A stretch of DNA of 64,000 nt, taken from Candidatus Zixiibacteriota bacterium. GTDB taxonomy: Bacteria; Zixibacteria; MSB-5A5; GN15; FEB-12. The notes below the pieces were generated by a model. The model did not search any database, was not told the DNA's origin, and saw only the letters and a program-made list of their open reading frames with translations. The position numbers and the translations under genes are program-made. Positions 30,416-40,193 of the stretch are shown here, piece after piece (within the stretch, counting starts at the first letter, position 1; each line of letters begins with the position of its first letter). The DNA lies in the NCBI GenBank assembly GCA_024278935.1, contig JAJRSF010000033.1:68122-132121 (forward strand). Reading direction: 5' to 3'.

Positions 30416-32548
30416 ATGAAAATCGGTCAAAAATTAATCGGGTCCTTCGCTATAGTAGCAATGATTGGTGCTATTATCGGTGGAGTAGGTTGGTACGGCA
30501 TTGGTGTTTTAGAAGAATCAATGGATCAAATCGCATCAGTACGTCTACCGGCTGTTGACGCTTTGTTAACTATGGATGCTAAAATGGGTGATGTGGCAAC
30601 AGCCCAAATGGAGTTGTTGAATCCAAAAGTACCTGTTGAAGAAGCACAAGAGTTTTATCAATCAATAGAAGTGGCTTTGGGTGAAGCAGAAGAAAATGTC
30701 AAGAAATTTGAAAAGTTAATAATGGATGATACTGAACGAAAGATGTATGTCGATGTAATGGCAGCATTTACTGCTCTTCATCAAGCAAGTGATGAATTCG
30801 TCAATTTCTCCAAAGATTTGGATGGAACAGGTATACGAAATCCTGTCCAGGTTAAATATGACATTAAAAATATTGAAGCAGCCCACCGTAATTGGATATT
30901 CCAATTAAGTGAAACTGTTATAGAAGGACTTGAATTCAAAGGTCAGCTTGATCCAACTCAGTGTGCATTGGGCAAGTGGATGGCAAATTATGATTTAGAC
31001 AATGAAGTTATAAAAAATTCTTTTACTTTTATAAAAGAACATCATGATAAATTTCATAACTCCGGTAAAACAATTAAAGAAATTTTTTCTCTAGGGAAAG
31101 GCAAGAGTCAAAAAGATCAGGCAATGGTAGTTTTTGATGATGTTTCTATACCGGCAATGGATCTGATTATCAATCAATTAAAATATACCATGGAAGCTGA
31201 AGCTGATAAAGCAAATGGGTACTATGATGCTATGCTTAAAGTTGAAGGAAACAGTTTAAATCCTACATTTACAGAACTAATGGATGCTTTGGGTGACTTA
31301 GTTCATGACGTGCATATCGGTGCAAAAGAATCACAAGAAGCCGGCGATGCCGCCGTAGCTTCATCGGAAACACTTATTTTAACAAGTATTATCTTAGGCA
31401 TGCTTGTCGCTCTTGGCTTTGGCTTTATTATTGCCCGAAACATTTCAAAACCAATACAAGAAATCGCCGGTATTGCTGATGAAATTGCTTTAGGTAATAT
31501 CAATCATGATATCAATATCAAGAGCAAAGACGAAGTCGGCATGTTGGCAAATTCATTTAATGAGCTAATAAATTATATGCAAGAGCTCGCTCAAATAGCT
31601 GATTCAATCGCCCATAATGATTTATCGGTACGAGTAGATCCAAAATCAGAAAATGATGCGTTAGGAAATTCGTTTGAATCAATGGTTAAGAATTTAAAAA
31701 CCGTTGTAAAACAATTAAGTGGAAGCTCAACAGAAGTTGCATCAGCAGCAACTGAAATATCAGCATCGGCTGAACAAGTTTCTAAAAATGCACAAAGTCA
31801 GGAAATGCAAATTTCTCAAATTACAGCAGCGGTCGAAGAAATGGCAGCTACAATTGTAGAGTCTTCACAAAATGCTTCTGAAGCTACAAGTGGTGCTCAA
31901 AGTGCATCAGACACTGCTAGTACCGGTGGACAGATTGTAAGCGAAACTATTGAAGGTATGAACCGAATCGCAAATGTAGTGCAGGAATCTTCTACTAATA
32001 TTCATAAATTAGCAGAATCAGCTGAACAGATTGGTGAGATAATTTCTGTTATCGATGATATTGCCGATCAAACAAATCTTCTTGCTTTAAATGCTGCTAT
32101 CGAAGCTGCTCGAGCCGGTGAACAAGGACGCGGGTTTGCTGTTGTTGCCGATGAAGTTCGAAAACTTGCTGAACGAACAGGTAAAGCAACCGGTGAAATT
32201 ACTGACATGATTAAAGGAATCCAAAAAGGGACTGAAGAAGCGGTCACATCGATGGATCAAGGAAATCAGGAAGTAAACAGTGGACGAGAACTCGCCGACA
32301 AAGCCGGTGATAGTTTAACAGAAGTTGTCAATAAATCTCAAGATGTCATGAATATGATTATGCAGATTGCTACCGCAACCGAAGAACAATCTGCTGCCGC
32401 TGAAGAAATTTCTAAAAATGTAGAAATGGTTTCAACAGCGACTCGTGAATCAGCAACCGGTGCCGAGCAGGCAGCTACAGCCGCAACGCAGTTAAGCCAT
32501 AATGCTGAAGAACTACAATCTATCGTAGGTCAGTTTAAATTAGAATAA
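30416..32548 (+). CDS. Methyl-accepting chemotaxis protein (2 TM helices, HAMP) with a CZB-type zinc-binding motif in the periplasmic domain
   Basis: It has the highly conserved signalling tip [41 protein letters not shown]. The motif HxxW-x22-CxLGxW-x21-HxxxH spans residues 157-214, between TM1 and TM2. Confidence 0.93.
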   Translation: MKIGQKLIGSFAIVAMIGAIIGGVGWYGIGVLEESMDQIASVRLPAVDALLTMDAKMGDVATAQMELLNPKVPVEEAQEFYQSIEVALGEAEENVKKFEKLIMDDTERKMYVDVMAAFTALHQASDEFVNFSKDLDGTGIRNPVQVKYDIKNIEAAHRNWIFQLSETVIEGLEFKGQLDPTQCALGKWMANYDLDNEVIKNSFTFIKEHHDKFHNSGKTIKEIFSLGKGKSQKDQAMVVFDDVSIPAMDLIINQLKYTMEAEADKANGYYDAMLKVEGNSLNPTFTELMDALGDLVHDVHIGAKESQEAGDAAVASSETLILTSIILGMLVALGFGFIIARNISKPIQEIAGIADEIALGNINHDINIKSKDEVGMLANSFNELINYMQELAQIADSIAHNDLSVRVDPKSENDALGNSFESMVKNLKTVVKQLSGSSTEVASAATEISASAEQVSKNAQSQEMQISQITAAVEEMAATIVESSQNASEATSGAQSASDTASTGGQIVSETIEGMNRIANVVQESSTNIHKLAESAEQIGEIISVIDDIADQTNLLALNAAIEAARAGEQGRGFAVVADEVRKLAERTGKATGEITDMIKGIQKGTEEAVTSMDQGNQEVNSGRELADKAGDSLTEVVNKSQDVMNMIMQIATATEEQSAAAEEISKNVEMVSTATRESATGAEQAATAATQLSHNAEELQSIVGQFKLE

Positions 32549-32568
32549 TTAAATCTCTGCTTAAATAG

Positions 32569-32604
32569 AAAGAGAGGAGCGATACTGCTCCTCTCTTTTT
32601 TTTA
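32569..32604 (+). terminator. Strong terminator after the MCP gene, shared with the convergent GT4 gene
   Basis: Stem agagaggagc/gctcctctct with loop gatact, followed by a T-run. Confidence 0.85.
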
Positions 32605-33726
32605 TATCAACTTATCAAAACAGATTTCTAAAGCATCACATTGGGCGGTGTGTGCATAATTTTTCTGGGCGTCTATCTTTGCTTGACCAGCAAGTTTTTC
32701 GCTGAGTTGGGGATCGTCTAATAACCGTTTGACTGCCAGTGCTATTTCATCAGAACTTCCTGATTTGTATAACAAACCATTTTTCTCATGACGGATTATT
32801 TCAGTGGTACCACCCTCGTTAGAACCAAGCACAGGCAGACCCGACGCCATCGCCTCGACTGTCACCATCCCAAATGTTTCCGAGTCAGTTGTAAGACAAA
32901 AAATATCGAGAGCTTTAAAAGCAACCTCTACCTTATCAAGGTGTGACCTAAAATGAACTCGCTCTTCCAAATTATATTTTTTAATCAGTTGTTTGAGCTT
33001 TTCTTTATATGACAGCTCTTCGTTTTTCGTACAGTCTCCTACCAAAAGAACATCTATCAAAACATTTTGTTGTTGTAGGCTATGTGCTGCCTCAATAAGT
33101 AAATGCTGACCTTTGCGACTATCAATTCTGCCAACAAAGCCTACTAGAGTTTTGTCGACCAGGAGTTTTAATTGTTGGCGTGCTTCTGCTTTGGTTGCTG
33201 CACACTCTAAAAACCGATTAAGTTCAATTCCAAAAGGGATAACTTCAATCTTATCATTTGTTATCGTTGTAATTCCGGTCAGTCGTTTTGCAAACATCTG
33301 GAGAGGAGCAATCCAACAGTCTAATTTTTTATAAATTAAGGTATGCAGAAAATCTGTTTTGTTTCCACCAAGATGCATATGCTGCATATACAAAAGTTTA
33401 AAACTATTCCGACTCAACAGTTTCGTCACAGCCATCATTGGAAAATTGCTGTTTAAGTGAAACAGTACCAGCCGTATATTTTCATTTTTCAGCGAATTGG
33501 CAAGTGTCTTAGCCTGCATAATGTCATGCATCTTAGAATGAGATTCTAAATCACGAACTTCAATTCTGTTTTTTTTGGCTTGAATATATAGTTCAGTAGA
33601 TGGCGTACAATAGAGCAGAATATCCCGACCTCTTTTTTGCAACCAGAGAGAGAGTTTTAAAACATTCATTTCAAGTCCACCCCATGATTTTGATGGACAG
33701 ATAAACGCAACTTTTTGTTTAGACAT
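32602..33726 (-). CDS. GT4-family glycosyltransferase (LPS core/O-antigen context)
   Basis: It has the C-terminal GT-B motif SETFGMVTVEAMASGLPVLGSNEGGTTEII. Confidence 0.85.
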   Translation of the reverse strand: MSKQKVAFICPSKSWGGLEMNVLKLSLWLQKRGRDILLYCTPSTELYIQAKKNRIEVRDLESHSKMHDIMQAKTLANSLKNENIRLVLFHLNSNFPMMAVTKLLSRNSFKLLYMQHMHLGGNKTDFLHTLIYKKLDCWIAPLQMFAKRLTGITTITNDKIEVIPFGIELNRFLECAATKAEARQQLKLLVDKTLVGFVGRIDSRKGQHLLIEAAHSLQQQNVLIDVLLVGDCTKNEELSYKEKLKQLIKKYNLEERVHFRSHLDKVEVAFKALDIFCLTTDSETFGMVTVEAMASGLPVLGSNEGGTTEIIRHEKNGLLYKSGSSDEIALAVKRLLDDPQLSEKLAGQAKIDAQKNYAHTAQCDALEICFDKLI

Positions 33727-33774
33727 AGACTAAGTATCTAGAATTTTAAGATAAGAATCAAAGGAAAAAATAGA

Positions 33775-34019
33775 TTATTCAGAAATTTCTTTATCAGCTG
33801 ATTGCTCAGCAACTGAGCCGTCTTTCACCATCAGCGAAATTGGAATAAGTATTAAGTAGCCAATTACCAATAAAATCGGGGCTAAAGTGATTGAACCTTG
33901 GCTTAATGAGAAAAAGCCGGCGATAATAACCAACATAGCTATTCCAAAAATAATATAATTATTCTTGCCATAAGGCCAGGTTATTTCTTCATGAGTATCG
34001 TTGTTTTTTTGGTTGCCAT
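33775..34019 (-). pseudogene. DUF3098-like small membrane protein; its ATG is out of frame by 1 nt at an A7 run
   Basis: My own translation gives ..ITWPYGKNNYIIFGIAMLVIIAGFFSLSQGSITLAPILLVIGYLILIPISL... The only upstream ATG (34019..34017) joins this frame if the homopolymer at 34004..34010 is one base longer. Alternatively, a 53-aa form could start at 33936. Confidence 0.45.
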
Positions 34020-34081
34020 AGTGTTTCCAGTTAAAAGGATTTTACTCTCTTTGTCAAGTTGTTTTACAATTAGACAATTGA

Positions 34082-35314
34082 TTAGTTCCGTTCAATATTC
34101 GCTTTTGAGGCTAAAGCAAATAGCCCAAATGCCCAAACGAACATCAGCATTTGGCGTACTTCTTCATCGGCAAACGTTGCTTCCGTTAACGATGTTATAA
34201 AAAACGCAGTCGCTCCCAAAAATCCAGCCGCTAAAAAGCCTCTCTGTTCTGCTAAATATTTATTTTTCCGCCAGCCACGATACATCAACTTCAAAATTAA
34301 TCCCCACATAAAAGTATAAAAAATAAACCCCGGTATTCCCGCAATAGCTGCAAAGTTTATAAAATCATTATGAGCATGCACATGTATTCGATGATCCGGC
34401 ATATTTTTTTCAAATTGAGGATAAAAATTCCCCTGCCCAATCCCAAAAACTGGATTATCAATTGTCATTTTCAGAGCATTGTCCCAAATATAAATCCGAC
34501 TCGCTTCATCTGTGATATCCATCTCTACTTGAATACGATTTGTAATCCTTTCCACCAACGATTCATTTAATACTAAAATGCTGGGACCTGAAATAAGTAT
34601 AAAAGCGAGAAGATACAATGTATATTTCCGAAATTGAATAAGTCCAAAAACAAAAACAGTTCCGACTATTGTCAACATCGGTCCATAGCTGTATGAAAAA
34701 AATGTCACAATCACAGCAAGTAATATATCAACAAATAAAAACAGTCGCCAAGCCGAGCTTAAACTTTTCCAACTGACAGCCAGATAGCCGAGCAAAAACA
34801 TCGATGCTGTTGCAAAATAATTTCCAAATGTCAGTCTATGCGGAAAAAACCCTTTGACCATATATCCATAATCAAAAGCAGCAACCGGTGGAGTTTTTTT
34901 AAACCAATATATCCCGCTAAAATGCTGAGCTATACCATAGAGCGAGACAAGACAGACCGCAACCGCAAACGAGATAAATATTTTTGTTCGGAAAGATTCT
35001 TTCTGAAGCAAATAAATTCCGATCGGAATCGCACAGAACAACCACTCTTCTTTTAAACTGAGAAAAGATTTAAGAGGTGCCTCACTAAATAACGAGGCAA
35101 GCACCATCCAAAAGATGTACAACCCAATCGAAATGTAAAAAAGTTTGAGATGCCCACTTAAACGAAATTCTTTTTTTAAATATAAAATTATCAGATATAA
35201 TAATAATGAAACACCAAGTGCAATCTGTGCAACAGCAATTGAAAAAGTTGAAGTTATAGCAAAGAGAGCAAAAAAGAAAAATAGAAAATCAGACAAGATA
35301 CGCACGTAAATCAT
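34082..35314 (-). CDS. O-antigen ligase-family (Wzy_C) polytopic membrane protein
   Basis: The 410-aa protein has about 10-12 TM helices and a loop motif HAHNDFINFAAIAGIPG, typical of WaaL/O-antigen polymerase-like proteins. Confidence 0.8.
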   Translation of the reverse strand: MIYVRILSDFLFFFFALFAITSTFSIAVAQIALGVSLLLYLIILYLKKEFRLSGHLKLFYISIGLYIFWMVLASLFSEAPLKSFLSLKEEWLFCAIPIGIYLLQKESFRTKIFISFAVAVCLVSLYGIAQHFSGIYWFKKTPPVAAFDYGYMVKGFFPHRLTFGNYFATASMFLLGYLAVSWKSLSSAWRLFLFVDILLAVIVTFFSYSYGPMLTIVGTVFVFGLIQFRKYTLYLLAFILISGPSILVLNESLVERITNRIQVEMDITDEASRIYIWDNALKMTIDNPVFGIGQGNFYPQFEKNMPDHRIHVHAHNDFINFAAIAGIPGFIFYTFMWGLILKLMYRGWRKNKYLAEQRGFLAAGFLGATAFFITSLTEATFADEEVRQMLMFVWAFGLFALASKANIERN

Positions 35315-35315
35315 C

Positions 35316-35903
35316 TTAGACTAAATCACTTTCCACCAGTCCAACTAATAGGTGAATAATAAAAATATGCTCTTCCTGAATTCGCTGTGTTGATGGATGC
35401 GGAATAACCAATGCTCTGTCAACCATACCAGCTAATTTTCCACCCTTGCCACCTAAGAGACCAACAGAAATCATACCTTTTTCCTTGGCAACTTGCACAG
35501 CATTAATAATATTTTGAGAGTTTCCCGAGGTCGACATAACAAAAAGCAAATCACCTTTGTTGCCAAGCCCCTCTACTTGTCGAGAGAAAATCCGCTCATA
35601 GCCATAGTCGTTGGCAGCCGCAGTCATAACAGCCGGGTCAACACAAAGTGCAACCGCCGGAAGTGATTGTCGGTTTTTGTCCGATGACAAACGTACAATC
35701 ATCTCCCCCGCAAAATGTGATGCATCGGCAGCCGAGCCACCATTGCCGGTGATAAGAATTTTTCCGCCTGAACCTATAACAGCAGACATTACCGCAGCAG
35801 TGTCTAAAATTGTTTGTCCAAGTTCTGTTGTTACAGCTTTGCGTAAGATTGCGCACTCGTTACCGAGTTCTTTCATATAGTTTAGTTTTTCATCATTGTT
35901 CAT
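35316..35903 (-). CDS. gmhA: D-sedoheptulose-7-phosphate isomerase
   Basis: The SIS domain carries GNGGSAADASHFAGEM and STSGNS. Confidence 0.9.
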   Translation of the reverse strand: MNNDEKLNYMKELGNECAILRKAVTTELGQTILDTAAVMSAVIGSGGKILITGNGGSAADASHFAGEMIVRLSSDKNRQSLPAVALCVDPAVMTAAANDYGYERIFSRQVEGLGNKGDLLFVMSTSGNSQNIINAVQVAKEKGMISVGLLGGKGGKLAGMVDRALVIPHPSTQRIQEEHIFIIHLLVGLVESDLV

Positions 35904-36667
35904 GCGAGTATTGATTCCTTTGGATGTACTGCTTGGGTAAGTTCTTTTAAGTAATTTAAATTATGGTCTGTTTCTAAATTATTTCCGACAACAACAAACG
36001 ATGCTCCCGCCTCTATACGGTCAGCACATTCTTGCGGTTCTTTGAGCCCACCTCCGGTAAGGATTGGAATAGAGACATACGATGCTACCGCACGAATCAT
36101 TTCAACCGGAACCGCTTGCGATGCTCCCGAGCCACCTTCAAGGTAGGCAAGTGTCATTCCCATATATTCCGCCGCTAAGGCATGGGCGCAGGCGATGTCG
36201 AATTTGTCACGTGGGATTGGATTTGTGTTTGAAATATATTGTACCGATGTTGTCGAGCCTGAATCTATCAACATGTAGCCGGTTGGTATCGGTTCGATGT
36301 TACATCGCTTGACAACCGGGGCGCCTTTGACCTGTTCGTCGATAAGATAGGTGGCGTTGCGTCCAGAAATCAGTGACGAAAACAAAATAGCATCTGCATA
36401 TGGCGTTATCTGTGCAAACGAACCCGGAAAAATTATGACAGGGACATCTGACTTTGCTTTTATCTCTTTGACAACTTCGGAAAAATTTGTGTTGAGCATA
36501 AAAGAAGTACCAACGAGCAAGGCATCGACCCCGTTTTCCTTGGCAGATTCTGCCAAAGCGAGATAGTTGTTCGACTCGGTTTTATCCGGATCGATTAAAA
36601 CTAAGAAACCCCCGCCTCGTTTTTCTTTTACATCAAGTAAGTATTCGTATACTGTCTTCAAACTCAT
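35900..36667 (-). CDS. Geranylgeranylglyceryl phosphate synthase family protein (GGGPS/PcrB homologue)
   Basis: The TIM-barrel family pattern is present: LIDPDK.., IIFPGS, YLEGGSGAS, LTGGGLK and VVVGN. Its stop overlaps the gmhA start as ATGA. Confidence 0.85.
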   Translation of the reverse strand: MSLKTVYEYLLDVKEKRGGGFLVLIDPDKTESNNYLALAESAKENGVDALLVGTSFMLNTNFSEVVKEIKAKSDVPVIIFPGSFAQITPYADAILFSSLISGRNATYLIDEQVKGAPVVKRCNIEPIPTGYMLIDSGSTTSVQYISNTNPIPRDKFDIACAHALAAEYMGMTLAYLEGGSGASQAVPVEMIRAVASYVSIPILTGGGLKEPQECADRIEAGASFVVVGNNLETDHNLNYLKELTQAVHPKESILA

Positions 36668-36680
36668 AAATTTCCCTAGC

Positions 36681-39299
36681 CTATTGCATCAGCGATTGAG
36701 CAGTTTCAAAAAGTTTCGATGGTTCCGTTGCCCCATCGACTGAACCTTGGGCAAAGTTTGGTTTGCCACCGCCTCTTCCACCAAATTGTGGAAGAAGTTC
36801 TTTAGTGATTTTTCCAATATGAATATTTTTATCAACTGCTGCCGATGATGCCGCAGCAATATAAGTCATCTTGCCACCAACAAGTCCGAGAGCAACCGCA
36901 AATACCGGAGTAACCATCTCTTTTTTTGAGTCTATCCATGCCGTCATAATATCACGGTCGGTTTCACCAAAATAATGAGTCGAATATGTAATTTCATTTA
37001 CAACTATGTCATCTCCAACAGATGCTCCACCGCCTGAAAACATATCTGCTTTCACTTTTTTTAACTCTTTTTGTAACGATGAGTTTTGTGCTTTTAACTG
37101 TTCAACACCACCCAAAGAATCTGCTTCGGGACGGTTAACAATCGAAGCAACCTGTCTGCGGAATGACTTGGCATCCATCATGTATGTCAACGCTTCCGAA
37201 CCTGTGATAGATTCAATACGCCTGACACCTGAAGCGATACCTGTTTCAAGCGTTATAAAAAATGGACCTATCTGGGAACTGTTTGCAACATGGGTTCCGC
37301 CACAAAGCTCTTTGGAAAACTCTCCGATAGAAACAACCCGAACATCGGAATCATACTTTTCGCCAAAGAGTGCCATAGCACCTGTTGCTTTGGCTTGTTC
37401 TAAATTCATTGTATCAGTTGTAACGTCTGAACATTTTAGAATTTCGTTATTTACAATCTCTTCAACTTGTGCGATCTCTTCGTTGGTCATTGGCTGATGA
37501 TGTGAAAAATCAAACCGCATTCTGTCGGCACCGACATAGGAACCTGATTGTTTGATATGCGGTCCGAGAACTTTTCGCAAGGCAGCTTGAGTAAGATGTG
37601 TAACAGTATGGTTCCGTTGCACAGCCATGCGATGGACAAAATCAATCTCAGCAGTAACGTTGTTTCCTTCGTCGAAATCATCAATAGAACCTTGAATTAG
37701 AAGGCCTTCATGTATAATCATGTCATGATATTTTTGTAATTGCTTAATATTCAATATTGACTCTTTATTCTTTATCACACCTATATCACTTATTTGGCCA
37801 CCCGATTCGACATAAAAAGGAGTTTTATCTAATATTAGACAATAGTGTTTTTCTTCATCATACTTTTCATCACCAATCTCAACAGATCTTCTTCTTAATA
37901 GGACTTTAGATTCTATGCGATTAGACTCTCTTTCGAAAAGAGTTTGAAAATTTACTCCCTCTTTCGCTAAAGTATCAATGACAGATTCAGCATGTGATTC
38001 AAATTTGGCATTAGCTCTTGATAGTAGTTTTTGATGCTCCATCGCTTTGTCAAAGCCATTTTTATCGAGCGTCAGCCCTTTTTCGGTCGCCATAATTTCA
38101 GTTAAATCAAATGGGCAACCATAGGTGTCATATAATTTAAAGACCTGGTTACCCGGGATAACTTTTGTATCAAGCTCCGATGCTATCCGTTCAAAGAGAA
38201 CCAAGCCTTTATCCAAAGTTCTGTCAAAAGATTCTTCTTCTTGACGAACGACATTGATAACATGCGATTCTTTTTCTCTAATTTCTGGATACGCTTCACC
38301 CATTTCATTGACAAGGGTCGGAATCAGTTTATGAATAAACGGTTCATCGGCACCAAGCAAACGTCCGTGTCGAACAGCTCTTCGTAAAATCCGACGGAGA
38401 ACATAACCTTGACCTTCGTTGGATATTCCGGCTCCATCGGTAATAGCAAATGTCAAAGCACGCAGATGGTCGGCGACAACATGGAACGATGGAATAAGAT
38501 CACCTTCGTATTTTGATTTAGAAATTTCAGAAATAGCTTCAATTAAGTTTTGGAAAAGGTCGATATTATAATTTGTTTTCCCATCCTGCAAAATAGCGGC
38601 GATACGTTCAAGCCCTGCTCCGGTATCAACCGATGGGTTCGGCAGGTCGATGACACCATCTGGAGTTTGGTCGTACTGCATGAAAACAAGATTCCATATT
38701 TCTACAAAACGATCAGTCTCACCATTGACAGTATGCTCAGGTCCTACGCCATATTCTTCGCCACGGTCAAAATGAATTTCAGAGCATGGACCACAAGGAC
38801 CAAGGTTGCCCATTGTCCAGTAGTTATCTTTTTTACCAAAACGAATGATACGTCCGTTTTTTAATTCAGGGGCAATTTTGCCCCACAGCTCAAAGGCTTC
38901 GTCGTCGGTTTCATAGACTGAAGCATATAATTTATCTTTTGGGAGTTTTAACTCTTTAGTGATCCATTCCCAGGCATAGAAAATTGCTTCTTCTTTAAAA
39001 TAATCACCAAAGGAAAAGTTTCCGAGCATTTCAAAAAATGTATGATGCCGTGATGTAAAGCCAACATTATCTAAATCATTATGTTTCCCACCTGCCCGAA
39101 TACACTTTTGCGAAGTTGTCGCTCTTTTAGTGTCGAGTTTTCGTTTACCGGTGAAGACATCTTTAAACTGATTCATTCCAGCGTTGGTAAACAAAATAGT
39201 CGGATCATCAAATGGAATAACCGGCGATGATGGGAGTTCTTTATGACCGTTTTTGATAAAATAATCTAAAAACGATCTTCTAATATCTTGCGTTTTAAT
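36681..39299 (-). CDS. alaS: Alanine--tRNA ligase, apparently starting at ATT
   Basis: Track ORF 36681..39194 begins inside the conserved FTNAGMNQFK motif. The frame stays open upstream as (ATT)KTQDIRRSFLDYFIKNGHKELPSSPVIPFDDPTILFTNAG, preceded by TGA-ACA. No ATG, GTG or TTG start is available. Confidence 0.93.
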   Translation of the reverse strand: MKTQDIRRSFLDYFIKNGHKELPSSPVIPFDDPTILFTNAGMNQFKDVFTGKRKLDTKRATTSQKCIRAGGKHNDLDNVGFTSRHHTFFEMLGNFSFGDYFKEEAIFYAWEWITKELKLPKDKLYASVYETDDEAFELWGKIAPELKNGRIIRFGKKDNYWTMGNLGPCGPCSEIHFDRGEEYGVGPEHTVNGETDRFVEIWNLVFMQYDQTPDGVIDLPNPSVDTGAGLERIAAILQDGKTNYNIDLFQNLIEAISEISKSKYEGDLIPSFHVVADHLRALTFAITDGAGISNEGQGYVLRRILRRAVRHGRLLGADEPFIHKLIPTLVNEMGEAYPEIREKESHVINVVRQEEESFDRTLDKGLVLFERIASELDTKVIPGNQVFKLYDTYGCPFDLTEIMATEKGLTLDKNGFDKAMEHQKLLSRANAKFESHAESVIDTLAKEGVNFQTLFERESNRIESKVLLRRRSVEIGDEKYDEEKHYCLILDKTPFYVESGGQISDIGVIKNKESILNIKQLQKYHDMIIHEGLLIQGSIDDFDEGNNVTAEIDFVHRMAVQRNHTVTHLTQAALRKVLGPHIKQSGSYVGADRMRFDFSHHQPMTNEEIAQVEEIVNNEILKCSDVTTDTMNLEQAKATGAMALFGEKYDSDVRVVSIGEFSKELCGGTHVANSSQIGPFFITLETGIASGVRRIESITGSEALTYMMDAKSFRRQVASIVNRPEADSLGGVEQLKAQNSSLQKELKKVKADMFSGGGASVGDDIVVNEITYSTHYFGETDRDIMTAWIDSKKEMVTPVFAVALGLVGGKMTYIAAASSAAVDKNIHIGKITKELLPQFGGRGGGKPNFAQGSVDGATEPSKLFETAQSLMQ

Positions 39300-39948
39300 T
39301 GTTCAATTCCTCTTTATTCTTATTAAAAACTATTTCAAAAGCATCTTTTGCTTCGCCGAACGAAAAGCCTCGGCGGGCTAAGTAATTATACGATTTATTC
39401 CGTGCATCTTCAAGTGCTAATTGGTTATACATATGCCACTTTTTTTCAAGCGAAACGACTGCCATTTCAGCAACATCCAACGAGGCAAAGATCATTGTTG
39501 CAACACTGTCGCCCAAATCTCGCGGAATCAGCTTTTTTTGTAAATATGCCATCAAAAACGGTTTCCCACACGGCTTTTTAACTACCAATTTTTCAGCAAG
39601 AGCATAAGCGTATCGTTCATCATCAAGGTAGCCGAATTCACTACATTTTTTTATTGCTCGTGCGATAGATTCATCGGGGAATTTTTTCTTTTTCAGCTTC
39701 ATCTTCAGCTCACCGGTCGAGTGATCCCGCATAGCAAGATACATCTTTGCCTTCATAAACGCTTCGTATATCGACGCCTCAAACTCTATCAGCTCAAACT
39801 GCGATTCTGTGAGGACAATCGAGGGCACCAACTGATTTGTCAGGACAACTTCAATAGGTAAAACATAGACCTGTGAATTAGATAATGAAATTTTAGATTT
39901 TGTCTCAAAACTTTCAATTTTGAGTATACGTAATTGTTCAATAGTCAT
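39295..39948 (-). CDS. recX: RecX-family regulatory protein
   Basis: It has repeated three-helix RecX motifs (YLAMRDHSTGELKMKL.., AIKKCSEFGYLDDERYA.., YLARRGFSFGEAKDAF). Its position directly upstream of alaS matches the classical recX-alaS arrangement. Confidence 0.75.
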   Translation of the reverse strand: MTIEQLRILKIESFETKSKISLSNSQVYVLPIEVVLTNQLVPSIVLTESQFELIEFEASIYEAFMKAKMYLAMRDHSTGELKMKLKKKKFPDESIARAIKKCSEFGYLDDERYAYALAEKLVVKKPCGKPFLMAYLQKKLIPRDLGDSVATMIFASLDVAEMAVVSLEKKWHMYNQLALEDARNKSYNYLARRGFSFGEAKDAFEIVFNKNKEELNN

Positions 39949-40193
39949 TTACAATACCTTAAAATCTGTCAATGAATCATATGAGTATAATAAACTGAAA
40001 ATATCTTTGAAAAACAGTTAATCAGTATTGACAAGAATTAAATTATATAGTATTGTTCTATCACTAATAATAGTATGCAACCTGTTATGAATTAAGCGGT
40101 TTTCAGTTTATTAAATTTTACTCATCCTCTAACTTGTTTATTAGTATAACATAACAGGAAACGTTTAAAAAGATAAAATTATTTGGAGCGGTA

